From NCBI GenBank assembly GCA_964270895.1, contig OZ185435.1: a stretch of DNA of 64,000 nt. The stretch is one strand, 5' to 3'. Shown one piece after another: positions 51,630 through 62,445 of the stretch. Under the pieces are notes generated by a model. That model ran no database searches. It saw only the letters and a list, made by a program, of their open reading frames with translations, and was not told the origin of the DNA. A program made the translations under genes and the position numbers. Source of the stretch: Podarcis filfolensis (Eukaryota). The number at the start of each line of letters is the position of its first letter. The first letter of the stretch is position 1.

Positions 51630-52951
51630 ACCCCCACCCTGATATATTGGCCAGTAAAATCCAGGACAACAGAAGAGGGTATAGAAAGCGGGCCCTGGTT
51701 GTTGGGCATTGCCAATATTTCCTGAGATGCAGCAGGGGTCTCTGCTGCCATTACAGCATTTTTCTCTTTCCCACATGCATGCCTTCCCAATCTCTCCTCC
51801 TGGGCTGAGCGCACATTGGATACAGCTGCTTTTCTCCCAGTGGAGCAGAGGTGTGCCCCCCACCCAGGCAAAATGTGAGTAAAGAGTTCCTCTTTCAATC
51901 ACTATTCAGGTGCAAGTTGGATAACCAGGCGCATGAGAAATACTCAGCAAATTTCTTTTTTTAAAAAATTATGAAAATCAGCCCCATGGACTAGGCTTCT
52001 TAGATAAAGTAGACCTTCTTGACCGCAGCAGAGACCAAGTTGCCAGGCCCTTATTTGGAGATAACGCCGATACCTTTCATAAATATCTGAGGCAACTGCT
52101 GTGACTCCTGCCCAATTCTTTCACCACCCTTTCTGCAATTCTATTATTCTTTCCCAACCTGCTGTAAGCAGTAGAATCCTCCTTCAACCTAGAGTAGGTA
52201 AATTGAATAAATAATAATTCCTGCATTGCAGGGAGTTGGACTAGATGATCCTTGTGGTGCCCTCCAGTTCTACATTATACTATAAAAAGCAATAAAAGTT
52301 TTCCTGCAGTTTCCTGAATTCCACTATTTAAGATTCTCCATGCCTTAAAGTCCAGGGTCAGCAGTGGATGCATCGGTGTCTGAGCATTTGCTTATTTACA
52401 CATTCATGGGCTATGAAGTAATAGCTGGGCAGCAGCAGGAAGTGCAATGCTCAAGGTAGAACTGGTCCAGGTCCAAGATGCTTCAACCGAAGCTCGGCTG
52501 CCACTACCCAATGCAGTCAACAGCTCAGAACAACAAACCTCCCTCCCTGCACCCCATTCCCAGCCTATTCCTTCAGTTCCTGAGTTGCTTTTCCTATTCA
52601 ATTTATCTGATGCACAGGGAAGTCTAACTATGGTAGTTTCAGATATTTTCTTGCCTCTCTGCCATGAATGCTTAAGTTGAACTACTCCAAAACAATGGAC
52701 CCCACCTTGATTTGCTTGGCTCTGAAGGCTCCAAAGGGATGGTGGAACTTCATCAGAGTTGTATGATACTATGAATTACACAAGTTCGCATCACACAATT
52801 TCTCCCACACTGCTATTGACTGTGCCAAAAGTCCTCCTTGTCCTGCACTGTGGAACATCAGTGACCCACTATTTTCCAGTTCACAGCAAACATTTTCAGG
52901 CAGCACCACAGGTTGCTCCTCACTCTAAAGTAAGTTTTCTAGTCCCTAAAC

Positions 52952-53087
52952 TGGGGTTTTCCAAACTTGGGTCTCCAGCTGTTGTTGGACTACAACTCCC
53001 ATCATCCCTAGCAAGGAAGACCAGTGGTCAGGAATGATGGGAATTGTAGTCCAAAAACAGCTGAATACCCAAGTCTGGAAAAGCTTG
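52952..53087. mobile_element. 136-bp palindromic MITE, variant 1
   Basis: CCAAACTTGGGTCTCCAGCTG...GGACTACAACTCCCATCATCCCT...CAGCTGAATACCCAAGTCTGG; flanked by CCCTAAAC on both sides. Confidence 0.8.
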
Positions 53088-53095
53088 CCCTAAAC

Positions 53096-53231
53096 CAGGC
53101 ATCCCCAACCTGTGGCCCTCCAGATGTTTTGGCCTACAACTCTCGGGATCCCTAGCTAACAGAACCAGTGGTCAGGGGTGATGGGAATTGTAGTCCAAAA
53201 CATCTGGAGGGCCGAAGGTTGGGGATGCCTG
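53096..53231. mobile_element. 136-bp palindromic MITE, variant 2
   Basis: TIR CAGGCATCCCCAACC / GGTTGGGGATGCCTG; perfect TSD CCCTAAAC at 53088-53095 and 53232-53239. Confidence 0.9.
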
Positions 53232-56200
53232 CCCTAAACCATCTGCACCCACAATTTTTCTCATAAACACTCTACAATGCAGGCCACACATCTGGGTACT
53301 ATGTTGCTGGAGACCCTATGCAAGTCAGAATAAACAATAGTGGACCAGTGGCCTGACTTGGTAAAAGGTCTTTCATATATCCATAGTAATAACCCTATTA
53401 CGTAGAGTGCAAAGACTTCTGCCTATCCCCAAGAGTTTTGCCATTCTAGATAGCAACTAATTTAAATGATTGAAAAAAGGTCTCTCAGACCTTCTCTCCA
53501 CCCTACTGAGGTAAGCAGTAATACTTGGGAGTCTAGCATGGCTAAACCCTCCTGGGGGGCAGTCTCTGGGCCATAAGTACTATATGAATTGTGGCTCTCG
53601 TTTTCTTCCCCGTTGTGGTATTTACTGTTATAGACACCAGCCACTGGAAAGCAAGCATATAAATTGGGGGGAAATAGAATGAACGTTACAAATCTGTCAA
53701 AACTTTGCATAGTGCTGAGTTGTATGTGCTTTGGGGGCAGAGCCTATGAGTAGTCCACACCCTATTCTAAGAGATCCCATCCAGCGGGACAGGGTCTGCC
53801 CAAGATGGAAGCAAACATGGTTTGTGTGGATCTCTTCAACTGAAATCTTCTCTGACATACATGCATAATGAGCTATAGCAAGCAGATAATATACATGGAG
53901 CAACATATAAAGTTTCAGAGGTGGATTCAGTTCTCAGAACACAGCTTTCATTGGAAAGATAGTTATAAACATCATGAACTGTAAGCACTGACTTTTCTGA
54001 AGGAAGAGGACATTTGCTTACAAAATTAGAATCAGAGATCATGAGTAAGAATGTGTATAATTATCTCAGTATCATGAGTAACATGTCAGTATTGAGGGTG
54101 CCCCAAATAGTCCTTGCTATTTTAAGAATGTGATGAAATTTTAAATTTTCTCCAGCTACATTATTAAAAAATCTATTTTTTTTAAATGGCACCTGCCATT
54201 TGGTTGGTTGGTTGGTTGGTTGGCTGGGGGGGAGGAATAGAAATACTTGCCCATTTACCCCCACCCCACATTGGACCCCAATTAAACCAAACACATGATC
54301 TGAGTGGAGTCTTATGTATGCCTACATATGTAGCACCTAGCTTCAAAGTACAGGATTGCAGCCTGCAGCCTTAAACTGTTAGATGCCTATCTGTCTACAT
54401 AAAGTCTGTTGACTTAAGGAGCGTCCCTATCAGGATGCATACTTTAGACAACAACAACAGCAAAGCAAAAGACACCAGATGCCGTTTGATAAGGACCCCC
54501 TGTTTTTGCTTACACAGGAGGTAATTGTCTATGAAAACATAAATAATAAAACACAAAACCAGGCTGCCCCCTTTCAGAACTGCTATGCTTATTTGCAAAT
54601 GTATCCAAATTTAAACCAATTAAGATGGATAATCAACTAATATTTAGTTGGCTGTCCTCAGCTATAAGCTTTTATGTGCTTCTCCACTGATTTAAAGCTG
54701 TCTGGGGCATTTGAGGCTGAAGGGGAATCCCCCCCCCCCAAATCACACTTGTCAAAAGGTCAAGAGATAATGTAAGCAGATGGAAGGCTATTAAATCACT
54801 TTTCTCCATGCTCTCAGAAGCAATGTTTTTAAATTGTCAAGACATAATATTCAAATTATAGAAACATAGGTGTGCTTCAGACAAAACAAGTCTCCACTGA
54901 AATTCTAGATCAAATCATGAAACCAGTCCTTAGCAGTTCTAATGCAGCCTTCCCCAGCCTGGCGCCCTCCAGATGTTTTTGACTACAACTCTCATCAGCC
55001 CCTGCCAGCAAAGCTAATGCTGAAAGGCGTTATTGTCAAAAACATCTGGAGGGCACCAGGCTGGGGAAGGCTGCACTAGTACATGCTAGCTCTCATAGTC
55101 AGAATAATAGAAAACCATGTATGAGTAGCATAAAGGCCTGTAAAATTGTGGAAGCTACAGGTGCAGTTAGTGGTGGAGTCAATTTGCTAATGCACAAGGT
55201 CTGAACTCTGGCCCTCTGAGCATTATGCTGGACCTGGCTCCTTTGTCAAGACCTGGCTCCTGTCGTTTTTTAAAAAAGAAGGAATAATGAAGCAGGCATA
55301 CCTTACAATTCAATCTGTAGTGGCAAGTACTATTGAAACACAGACTGACAGAGCCCATTCTAACATACAGAAAATTGGAGTCTATTATGAAGTCCATTAT
55401 TATCATAGTAAGTGTTAATTCTGCATAATCACGAAAACCATCCTTGATCATGCTGGCTCAGGCTGAGATTCTGCAACAGTTGGAAGGCACCAGATTGGTT
55501 ACCTCTCTCATAGACCAGGTGTGGTGGGGAACCTTCGACACTCCAGATGAACTACAACTCCCATCAGCCAGTTTTTTTAATTAATTTTTTATCTGCCCAC
55601 TTAACAAAAAAGGAAAAAGAAAAAATAAAGTAAGATAAATAAATAAAAAGTAACCAAAAAAGCCGCCACCATTTCACAATGTGAATTCAATAATGCCAAT
55701 GGCCAGGGTTGATGGGAGTTGTGGTTCAGCAACACATGGTGGGCAACAAGTTCCCCACAGCTGCTGCAGACAGTCAAAAAATGCTTTTGGCACATGACTG
55801 CCATAATATATCCAATAAATGTTTGAATTGTTCTGTGCCAGAAAAGCAAAACTCAGGTGTCAGATATTGTATCACTCAGTAGAAAACCACCTTCTAAATC
55901 TGAATTCATATTCCATAGTTATGAGGGTCTAGTTGACACAACAAAATAAAGGAATGAAGCTTTAACATGGACTACTCATAGCTCTCCTGTCAGAGAAGGT
56001 GGTAATACTGTAGCCCTCCATTGTGAATTCCTCACACACACAGTCCAATATCATAGAAAATTGATTGGCTCAGCTTATCTAGTTGCTTGTTGCAATTCTG
56101 GAATAAAAATCCATTTAATCTGTTCTATTTCAAATTCAAAATCATTATCTCAATTCCTAGCCCATTTCACTAGTAAGGTTAAGGCACAGGCCAAATTACA

Positions 56201-56486
56201 CAAGGGAGTTGTATGGCAGTTAATACTTAAAGCTGCCACTGACTTGATCATTGCAATAAGAATCTCCAGTTTTATTTAGTCACATGTCCAAACTACCTTC
56301 TAACAAAAAAATTCCCTCTTCAAGTTTCTGTTTATCAACATGTTTCGGACAACTGCAAGGGTGTCTTAATAACTGAAGTGGCATTGTTAGTTCTTCTAAA
56401 CACCCACAACCCAGTTCTTTAAATAACCCAAAAAAAATCCAGGGTGGGTGAGGGGCAGATTGAGGCAACAGAAATAGCCCACAGAA

Positions 56487-56507
56487 TTCAGTACCTTGGA
56501 CAGCTCA
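56487..56507 (+). promoter_or_regulatory. RE1/NRSE motif ~2.2 kb 3' of CDK5R2 stop
   Basis: TTCAGTACCTTGGACAGCTCA; one core C>T mismatch in the left half-site. Confidence 0.65.
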
Positions 56508-57629
56508 ATTTAAAAAATCCATTATGAAATTAAAAATAAAATCTGTATTAAGATGGAGAAGCTACAAACAGCATCATCACGGCTGTATAAATGCAAGCAG
56601 GGAAGAAAATGGTTTTAAAAAATACTAAATAGTGGTGGTGAGGAGATGGAAGGAACAAGACTGCATCCAAAACCATACATGTCTCCTATCCTAATGTAAT
56701 TAAGGGAATGCAAAGCACAGCATAGGTTGTGGCCCATCAGCATTCTTCAGAGGACTGAGCATTAGGACTGTCAGTCTGCAAACAGACTTCCTGTCTGGAA
56801 GAAGCACACAATAAGCCAACAATGTGCTCTTAATATATGCAGCTTTTTTTGTTAGCTGCACTTTGATACATGACAGCCAGGCTGTCTTGTTTGGTCAGCA
56901 GGGGACATTCAGGATTGCTTTTAAGAGCTCTCTCTCTCAAAAAAAAAAAAAATGTTAGGCATCCAATCAATTCCTTCTCTGATCTTGTCTGTTTAGAAGA
57001 TATCAGCCATAGATTATTTATTTTTAAATTCTGCATACTTAAGCAAACAAGACTAATGGCAAGCAATTTCCTTCTTGGTCTTTCTGTACATTTGCAGACA
57101 TTTTAATTGGAGACTATGCGTGTTTCATTTTAAAATTAGTTCTTGACTAATATTTGCCCAGCCAGATCTCAAGAAAACAGTGTGTGTCCTCATCTAAAAG
57201 GGCTCCGGAATAAGATGAACTGCAGTTCGATATCAATTCCCATTAGCAAGTCTGGGATCTCCTGCCAACACAGCCATTTAGGAAATCATCAGCCAAGGGC
57301 TAATGCACCATTGATGCTGACCGTAAACCCCCCCCAACACAAATTGCCATCCTTTTCTTCCCTCCTCCCTTCTTTGCCAGTCCCAATGCATTCTGCATTC
57401 CTCTTCCCATACATCTGCGGTTCTGAATGATCAAAGGATTCCAAAGCTCCGCTTTGACTCATTATTTTTATCTCTTTTAAATATACAATATAAAACAATA
57501 TGTTATTGTACATTTGAGCAACATTGGCACAGACATCCTGTAAGTCAAACATTGTTCTGTTACATTCAAACACCATGAGACAGCTTGTTTTCAGCTTCGA
57601 GAATGTGCAAATGTATGTCGGTCTAAGAG

Positions 57630-57650
57630 GCTAGCACCCTGGACAGCTCC
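57630..57650 (+). promoter_or_regulatory. RE1/NRSE motif ~1 kb 3' of CDK5R2 stop
   Basis: GCTAGCACCCTGGACAGCTCC; AGCACC-NN-GGACAG core perfect, first three positions mismatch. Confidence 0.65.
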
Positions 57651-58619
57651 TAGCCTCTGCTTCAGATGGGAGGGGACTGGGTGGGGGAAAGGAGGAGGCA
57701 GGGAGAGAATAGGTCAAATAAGGGCCATTGAAGGATAGCAGCACAGCTTCCCCAGCACTTCCTTTCAGTGTTGGAAGCAGATACACACACCTCACTCTCC
57801 CCCATCCCCATCCCCACCACTGCGATGAAGGAGGGAAAGAAATGATGAAAGGCATTTGACTTTGCAGAGGTGGACAGCAGTAGTATATAACCATCATCTA
57901 CTTTGTAGAACAACCACTATGGCAGAGCCATCAAACAGCAGGAAAGGGAAAAAACATGCAGGAATTGCTTCACTGGAAAAGTAAAAGTAAAATACAAGAC
58001 GGAATGCTCTGGGCTGTACTGTGATTCACAGTAGCAGCAAAGAGATCCAAAACCATGGATACACTGGTGGGGCTTCCACAGGTGAGGTCACAGCAGCTGC
58101 TTTTTCCTGCAAAAGGCAGAACTTTGTCAATACGTAATGCCTAAGGTTGACCCATTAGTCTAGGAATTCTCCCCATTTGGAAGGAGGAGGAGGGGAAGAA
58201 CAGCCCCTCCCTCCCAGGATGCACCCACAGGGCCTGAAGTGCACCCAGCTGGGACAAGGTAATAGAGAAGGGGCAAGTTCTGCTCCTAGCCAGAAGGCAA
58301 CAGTACATCATGGGTCAGACACCATCCCCATCCCCCAATATTCAGGTGCTGCAGTTGTGGGAAGGGGCTGATGTAATTTTGGGTGTGGCCCACAAGATGG
58401 AGGGTGGAAAGACTGGACTCCAGCAAGTCCTCACCCACCCACCCACCCCCAAAAAGCCTGACTGGCTCATGGAGAGCAGCACTCCACCCTGTACGATGGG
58501 GTGGGGAAAGGATATGTCCCTAGCAACTCCCCAATCCCAAAACTCCCCAGAGTTTTCCTGCCCCTGTGAAATCCTGGCTGAGAAGAGCTTGGGAGGGGAG
58601 AAGAGAGAGAGAACGAGGA

Positions 58620-60020
58620 GCAGTGCGTCCGGAAAGGTGGAGGGAGGAGATGGCGGGGGTCGGGTGGGGGGTGGTCGGGGCTCTCCTAGCGGTCCAGGCT
58701 TATAGTCCAGTGTTTGTTGGAGCCGGAGTCCTTTGTCGGCGCACCCTCGCTCTCGTTCTTGAGGTCCTGGAAGACCTGCGTGAAGAAGTGCGGGTCGGCG
58801 TTGATCTGCAGCATCTTGGCGCTCAGGCCCTGGATGATCGCGAGGCAGCGGTCCCAAAAGCGCTCCTTGTCGCCCTCCACCAGAAAGGGCTTGAGCGGGT
58901 AGGAGATCTCGTTGCCCATGTAGGAGTAGGCCAGGTAGAGGCAGGTGAGAAAGGAGGCCTGCAGCTCGGCCTGGCTGCCCACCTGATCGCCCTGCAGCGC
59001 CTCGCGGCACAGCAGGTACACGAAGACCAGGTTGGCCGGCGTGATGAAGCCCTGGTCCTGCCAGCCCTGCAGCAGCAGCGAGCGGTCCACGCTGCGGAAC
59101 CAGCCGATGACCTCGCCGGGACTCAGCTCCTTGAGGCGGTAGCAGCGGCGGCACACGAAGTCCCCCAGGCAGCGGAGCAGCTCGCCCGTCGAAGCCTGCA
59201 CGATCACCCGCCGCGGGGAGCCGGGGGCGGCGGAGGAGGCGGCGGCGCGGTTGCCGGGCAGCGGCGGGGGTGGTGGCGGCGGTGGCTGCTTGCCGCCCTC
59301 CTGGGCGGAGGCGGGCACGGTGGGCACCGGTACGGCCAAGGGCCCCTGCTTGGCGCCGTCGGGCTGGGACTTGCGCGCGTTTTCGCGGTTGCGCTGCTGC
59401 ACCAAGGGGTCGGGCGCGCCCGCGGAGCCCGGCTTGGGCGTCACCTTCTTGGCGTTCTTCTTCTTTTTGGCCGAGGCGGCCACCAGGCGCTTCCAGGTGA
59501 GCGCCGAGATCAGCACGCCCGGCCGCTTCAGGCGGCTCTCGCCCTTGCCGTGCGCCCGGCCCGGAGCCGCCTTCTCGGCCAGCACGCCGCCGCCGCCGCC
59601 CTTCCCCGGCGCGCTGGGCGACAGCGACAGCACCGTCCCCATCTTGGCTGCTGCTGCTGCTGCGAGCGAGCGAGCGAGCGGCTGCTTGGCGCCTCTGCTG
59701 CGCCGCCCGAGCGCTTACAGCTGCTGCCCAGGCGCGCCCGGCGCACCGGCCATGGGCTGGGGCGGGACGCAGCAGCTGCGCCGGCGCCCTGAGTCGGAGC
59801 TTGCGGAGAAACCTCGAGGAGCCGCAGTGAAGCGCGCCAGGACGGACGAGGACTCGGGTCAACCGGCGCTCAGCAGCTCCCCTCTCCGCACTGGCTGCCG
59901 CACTAGCCCCGCCGCGCCCCGTCCGGCCTCTCCCCGAGCAGCCAATCCCGTGCCGCGGCTCCCCCGCCCCTCAGCCAATCGCCTCGAGGCATCGACCCCC
60001 AGGTGCCTTCCTTTCCCGCT
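58620..60020. promoter_or_regulatory. CpG island spanning CDK5R2 CDS, 5'UTR and promoter
   Basis: Dense CpG across the gene; two CCAAT boxes (AGCCAATC at ~59940 and ~59973) and GC box CCCCGCCCC at ~59961 upstream of the ATG. Confidence 0.85.
58686..59642 (-). CDS. CDK5R2: Cyclin-dependent kinase 5 activator 2 (p39), single coding exon, 318 aa
   Basis: [10 protein letters not shown]-terminus (Gly2 myristoylation motif), basic KKKKNAKK patch, CDK5-activator domain ([15 protein letters not shown]...[17 protein letters not shown]...[11 protein letters not shown]), p39-type C-terminus KHWTISLDR; Kozak GCCAAGATGG; convergent with FEV as in human synteny. Confidence 0.96.
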   Translation of the reverse strand: MGTVLSLSPSAPGKGGGGGVLAEKAAPGRAHGKGESRLKRPGVLISALTWKRLVAASAKKKKNAKKVTPKPGSAGAPDPLVQQRNRENARKSQPDGAKQGPLAVPVPTVPASAQEGGKQPPPPPPPPLPGNRAAASSAAPGSPRRVIVQASTGELLRCLGDFVCRRCYRLKELSPGEVIGWFRSVDRSLLLQGWQDQGFITPANLVFVYLLCREALQGDQVGSQAELQASFLTCLYLAYSYMGNEISYPLKPFLVEGDKERFWDRCLAIIQGLSAKMLQINADPHFFTQVFQDLKNESEGAPTKDSGSNKHWTISLDR

Positions 60021-60023
60021 GAG

Positions 60024-60026
<3 letters not shown>

Positions 60027-60076
<50 letters not shown>
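60027..60076. repeat. (GA)25 microsatellite upstream of CDK5R2
   Basis: Pure GA run. Confidence 0.95.
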
Positions 60077-60079
<3 letters not shown>

Positions 60080-60599
60080 TTGTGATGATGGTAGGAACAG
60101 CTGCACTTCCCGGATCCCAAAATTCAAGAGAAATAATACTGGGGAGGAGAGGGGGGCGTCCAAACAACAACAAAAGAGAGAGCTTGTTTCCCCCACAGTT
60201 CCTCCCTGCCAGAGCTTAATCTGAGTCAGCTGAGCATGTGCAGAGTACCTGAGCACCTACTTGTTCCTATGCAGGTTTGATCAGCAAGTAGGTTTACTGT
60301 CAGGAGTGTGTTTTACAGGCGGATATAAATCCTGGTGTCTCCCTATTAGGAGAAGAACTATTAGTCTGTCTCTTTTCCTCACTCCTTCACTAACGGCTTC
60401 GAGCTGATGCTTTGTATCTCTTAGGTCTGAGGTTGGCAACTTGCAGCCAGAGGGCCCTCATGTGTCCCCGATTTCAAAAGCTTTATGCAAGTGATCAGTT
60501 CAGGCCTCTGGCAACAGCAAGTTGTCCCTTGGCCACCAGCCAGCTGGGCAGCAAGGAAGACAGAGTGGGAGGCAAAAAGAGAAGAAGGTGAGATGTCAC

Positions 60600-60900
60600 C
60601 CACACACCCATGATTGGCTTCAGCTGGGCCCACAGTCAGCATGCGGCCCCTGGAGATTACCCATGAGAGGTCCAGTAACAGGCCTTTCCTGCAGTGGCTC
60701 CCCACTTGTGGAATGCTCTCTCCAGGGAGGCTTGCCTGATGCCTTCATTACATATCTTTAGGTGCCAGATGAAAATGTTTGTTTTTGGTTTTATTATGTA
60801 TTTTGTGTTCTCATTTTGTATTTTTATGTTGTGAACCACCCTGCGACCTTCAGATGAAGGGCAACATAGTAATTTAATTTTAATAAATAAGTAATAATAA
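60600..60900 (+). mobile_element. L2 LINE 3' end
   Basis: CAGGCCTTTCCTGCAGTGGCTCCCCACTTGTGGAATGCTCTC (RAFS..AP.LWN.L motif), then TTGTGAACCACCCTG...AATAAATAA tail. Confidence 0.75.
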
Positions 60901-60953
60901 GGTCTTCATGAGAAAATGGTTGACTACCCTGGCTTAGAAGACATTTCCTAAAG

Positions 60954-61049
60954 CAGGTGTGGGGAATCTTTGGCCCTCCATGTGTTGCTTAAATACAGCT
61001 CCTATCAGCCCCAGTAAGCATACCCAATGGCCAGGGTTCTCCACACCTG
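60954..61049. mobile_element. Internally deleted palindromic MITE
   Basis: TIR CAGGTGTGG / CCACACCTG; perfect TSD TCCTAAAG at 60946-60953 and 61050-61057. Confidence 0.8.
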
Positions 61050-61199
61050 TCCTAAAGAATACAAGGCCTGGTACCTTACACTGAGACCAGAAGTCAGTAC
61101 GGATTAGCCAAAATGGGTATCATACAAACTTTCCACCCAGCCCCTATCATGATTGATTCCATCCCTATCATGATCTGACTGGCACCTGCAGTCTGCACT

Positions 61200-61580
61200 T
61201 ACTGAAGCTTCCAAACTGTCTCCAAGGTGAGGCCCACATAGAACACTATACAGTAGACAATGCATGAATATTGGCAGCCTCAAAGAGCAGGGCTGGGTTC
61301 AGGAAGACAGCAAAACTGTGAAATCTAACACAAGAGGAATGCTATCGTGCCCAGAGGCGATAGTCTGACCTCCCCAAGGTCGCCAAAGCTGCCCAACCAC
61401 AGCAATGGTGTGCGGGTTCAATTTCAATGAACCCCAAGTCTGCCTCTCAACAGGAATTCAGAAGAACCAATGTTGCACCTGAATTGTCTGAGAAAGAAAA
61501 GCTGTATGTCACTGATGGCACTTCCCAAATGTTGGACTATCTATTCATGTCAATCATATAGACCCTTGCAGGACTCTTTA
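61200..61580 (-). mobile_element. Degenerate L2-like reverse-transcriptase fragment
   Basis: Minus strand CAGTGACATACAGCTTTTCTTTCT resembles the YADDTQLYLS region; heavily decayed. Confidence 0.45.
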
Positions 61581-61762
61581 TAATAAAAATCCAAGGGGGT
61601 TAAGCAGAAGCCACTCTTTAAATCAGGGGTGAGATACCCTTTTTCTGTCCAAGGGTCACATTAGCTAATGGGCAACCTTCAAAGGTCAGCATTTCAGTGG
61701 TGGGCATGGACAGAACAAAAGTGGGAGGAGCAACAGGTGTAAAAGGCAGAAGTTTCCACATA

Positions 61763-62300
61763 CAGTGGTACCTTGGTTCTCAAACTTAATCCGTTCCGGA
61801 AGTCCGTTCCAAAACCAAAGCGTTCCAACACCAAGGTGTGCTTTCCCATAGAGAGTAATGCAAAATGGATTAATCCATTCCAGACTTTTAAAAACAACCC
61901 CTAAAACAGCAATTTAACATGAATTTTACTATGTAACAAGACCACTGATCCATAAAATGAAAGCAATAAATAATGTACTGCAGTCACACAATCAATCAAT
62001 CAGTAGCTGAACTGGGTTCCACACAGTCACACAAAAAAGCTGCAGAAACAAACACACAAAATAAATAGCAAAAACAGACAGACCTCAGTGTAACACTCAA
62101 AACAGAAGTGTGGCACTCAAATCGGAGGCATAACACTCAAAATGGAAGTGTGGCACTCAAACTGGAAGTGTAACACTCAAAATGGAGCATGTCTGGCTTC
62201 TGAAAAATGTTTGCAAACCGGAACACTTACTTCCAGATTTGCAGTGTTTGGGTTCCAAGTTGTTTGAGTACCAAGGCATTTGAGAACCAAGGTACCACTG
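61763..62300. mobile_element. Tc1/mariner (Tigger-like) non-autonomous element
   Basis: Perfect 22-bp TIR CAGTGGTACCTTGGTTCTCAAA / TTTGAGAACCAAGGTACCACTG with TA on both sides. Confidence 0.9.
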
Positions 62301-62365
62301 TACACACATATAAAATTGTGGTTTTATGTTGTAACCGCCCTGAGACCTACAGATATAGGACAGTA

Positions 62366-62445
62366 TACTACTACTATTATTACTACTACTACTAATAATA
62401 ATAATAATTATAATAATAATAATACCCACCACCACCACACACACA
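62366..62445. repeat. Compound (TAC)/(TAA)/(CAC)/(CA) microsatellite at an L2-type tail
   Basis: Visible simple repeats following TTGTAACCGCCCTGAG. Confidence 0.8.

Noticed and set aside
58467-58688. Possible stop-codon readthrough of CDK5R2 (72 open codons after TAG)
   Set aside because: UAG-G is a weak readthrough context and the extension is low-complexity Pro/Ser. It would need conservation (PhyloCSF) or ribosome profiling to support.
58566-59792. 408-aa antisense ORF (also 59251-60219)
   Set aside because: Antisense shadow of a GC3-rich CDS; no recognisable domain.
58342-59862. 506-aa alternative-frame ORF overlapping CDK5R2
   Set aside because: Starts at TTG, is low-complexity Arg/Ala/Gly, and is expected in very GC-rich coding DNA.
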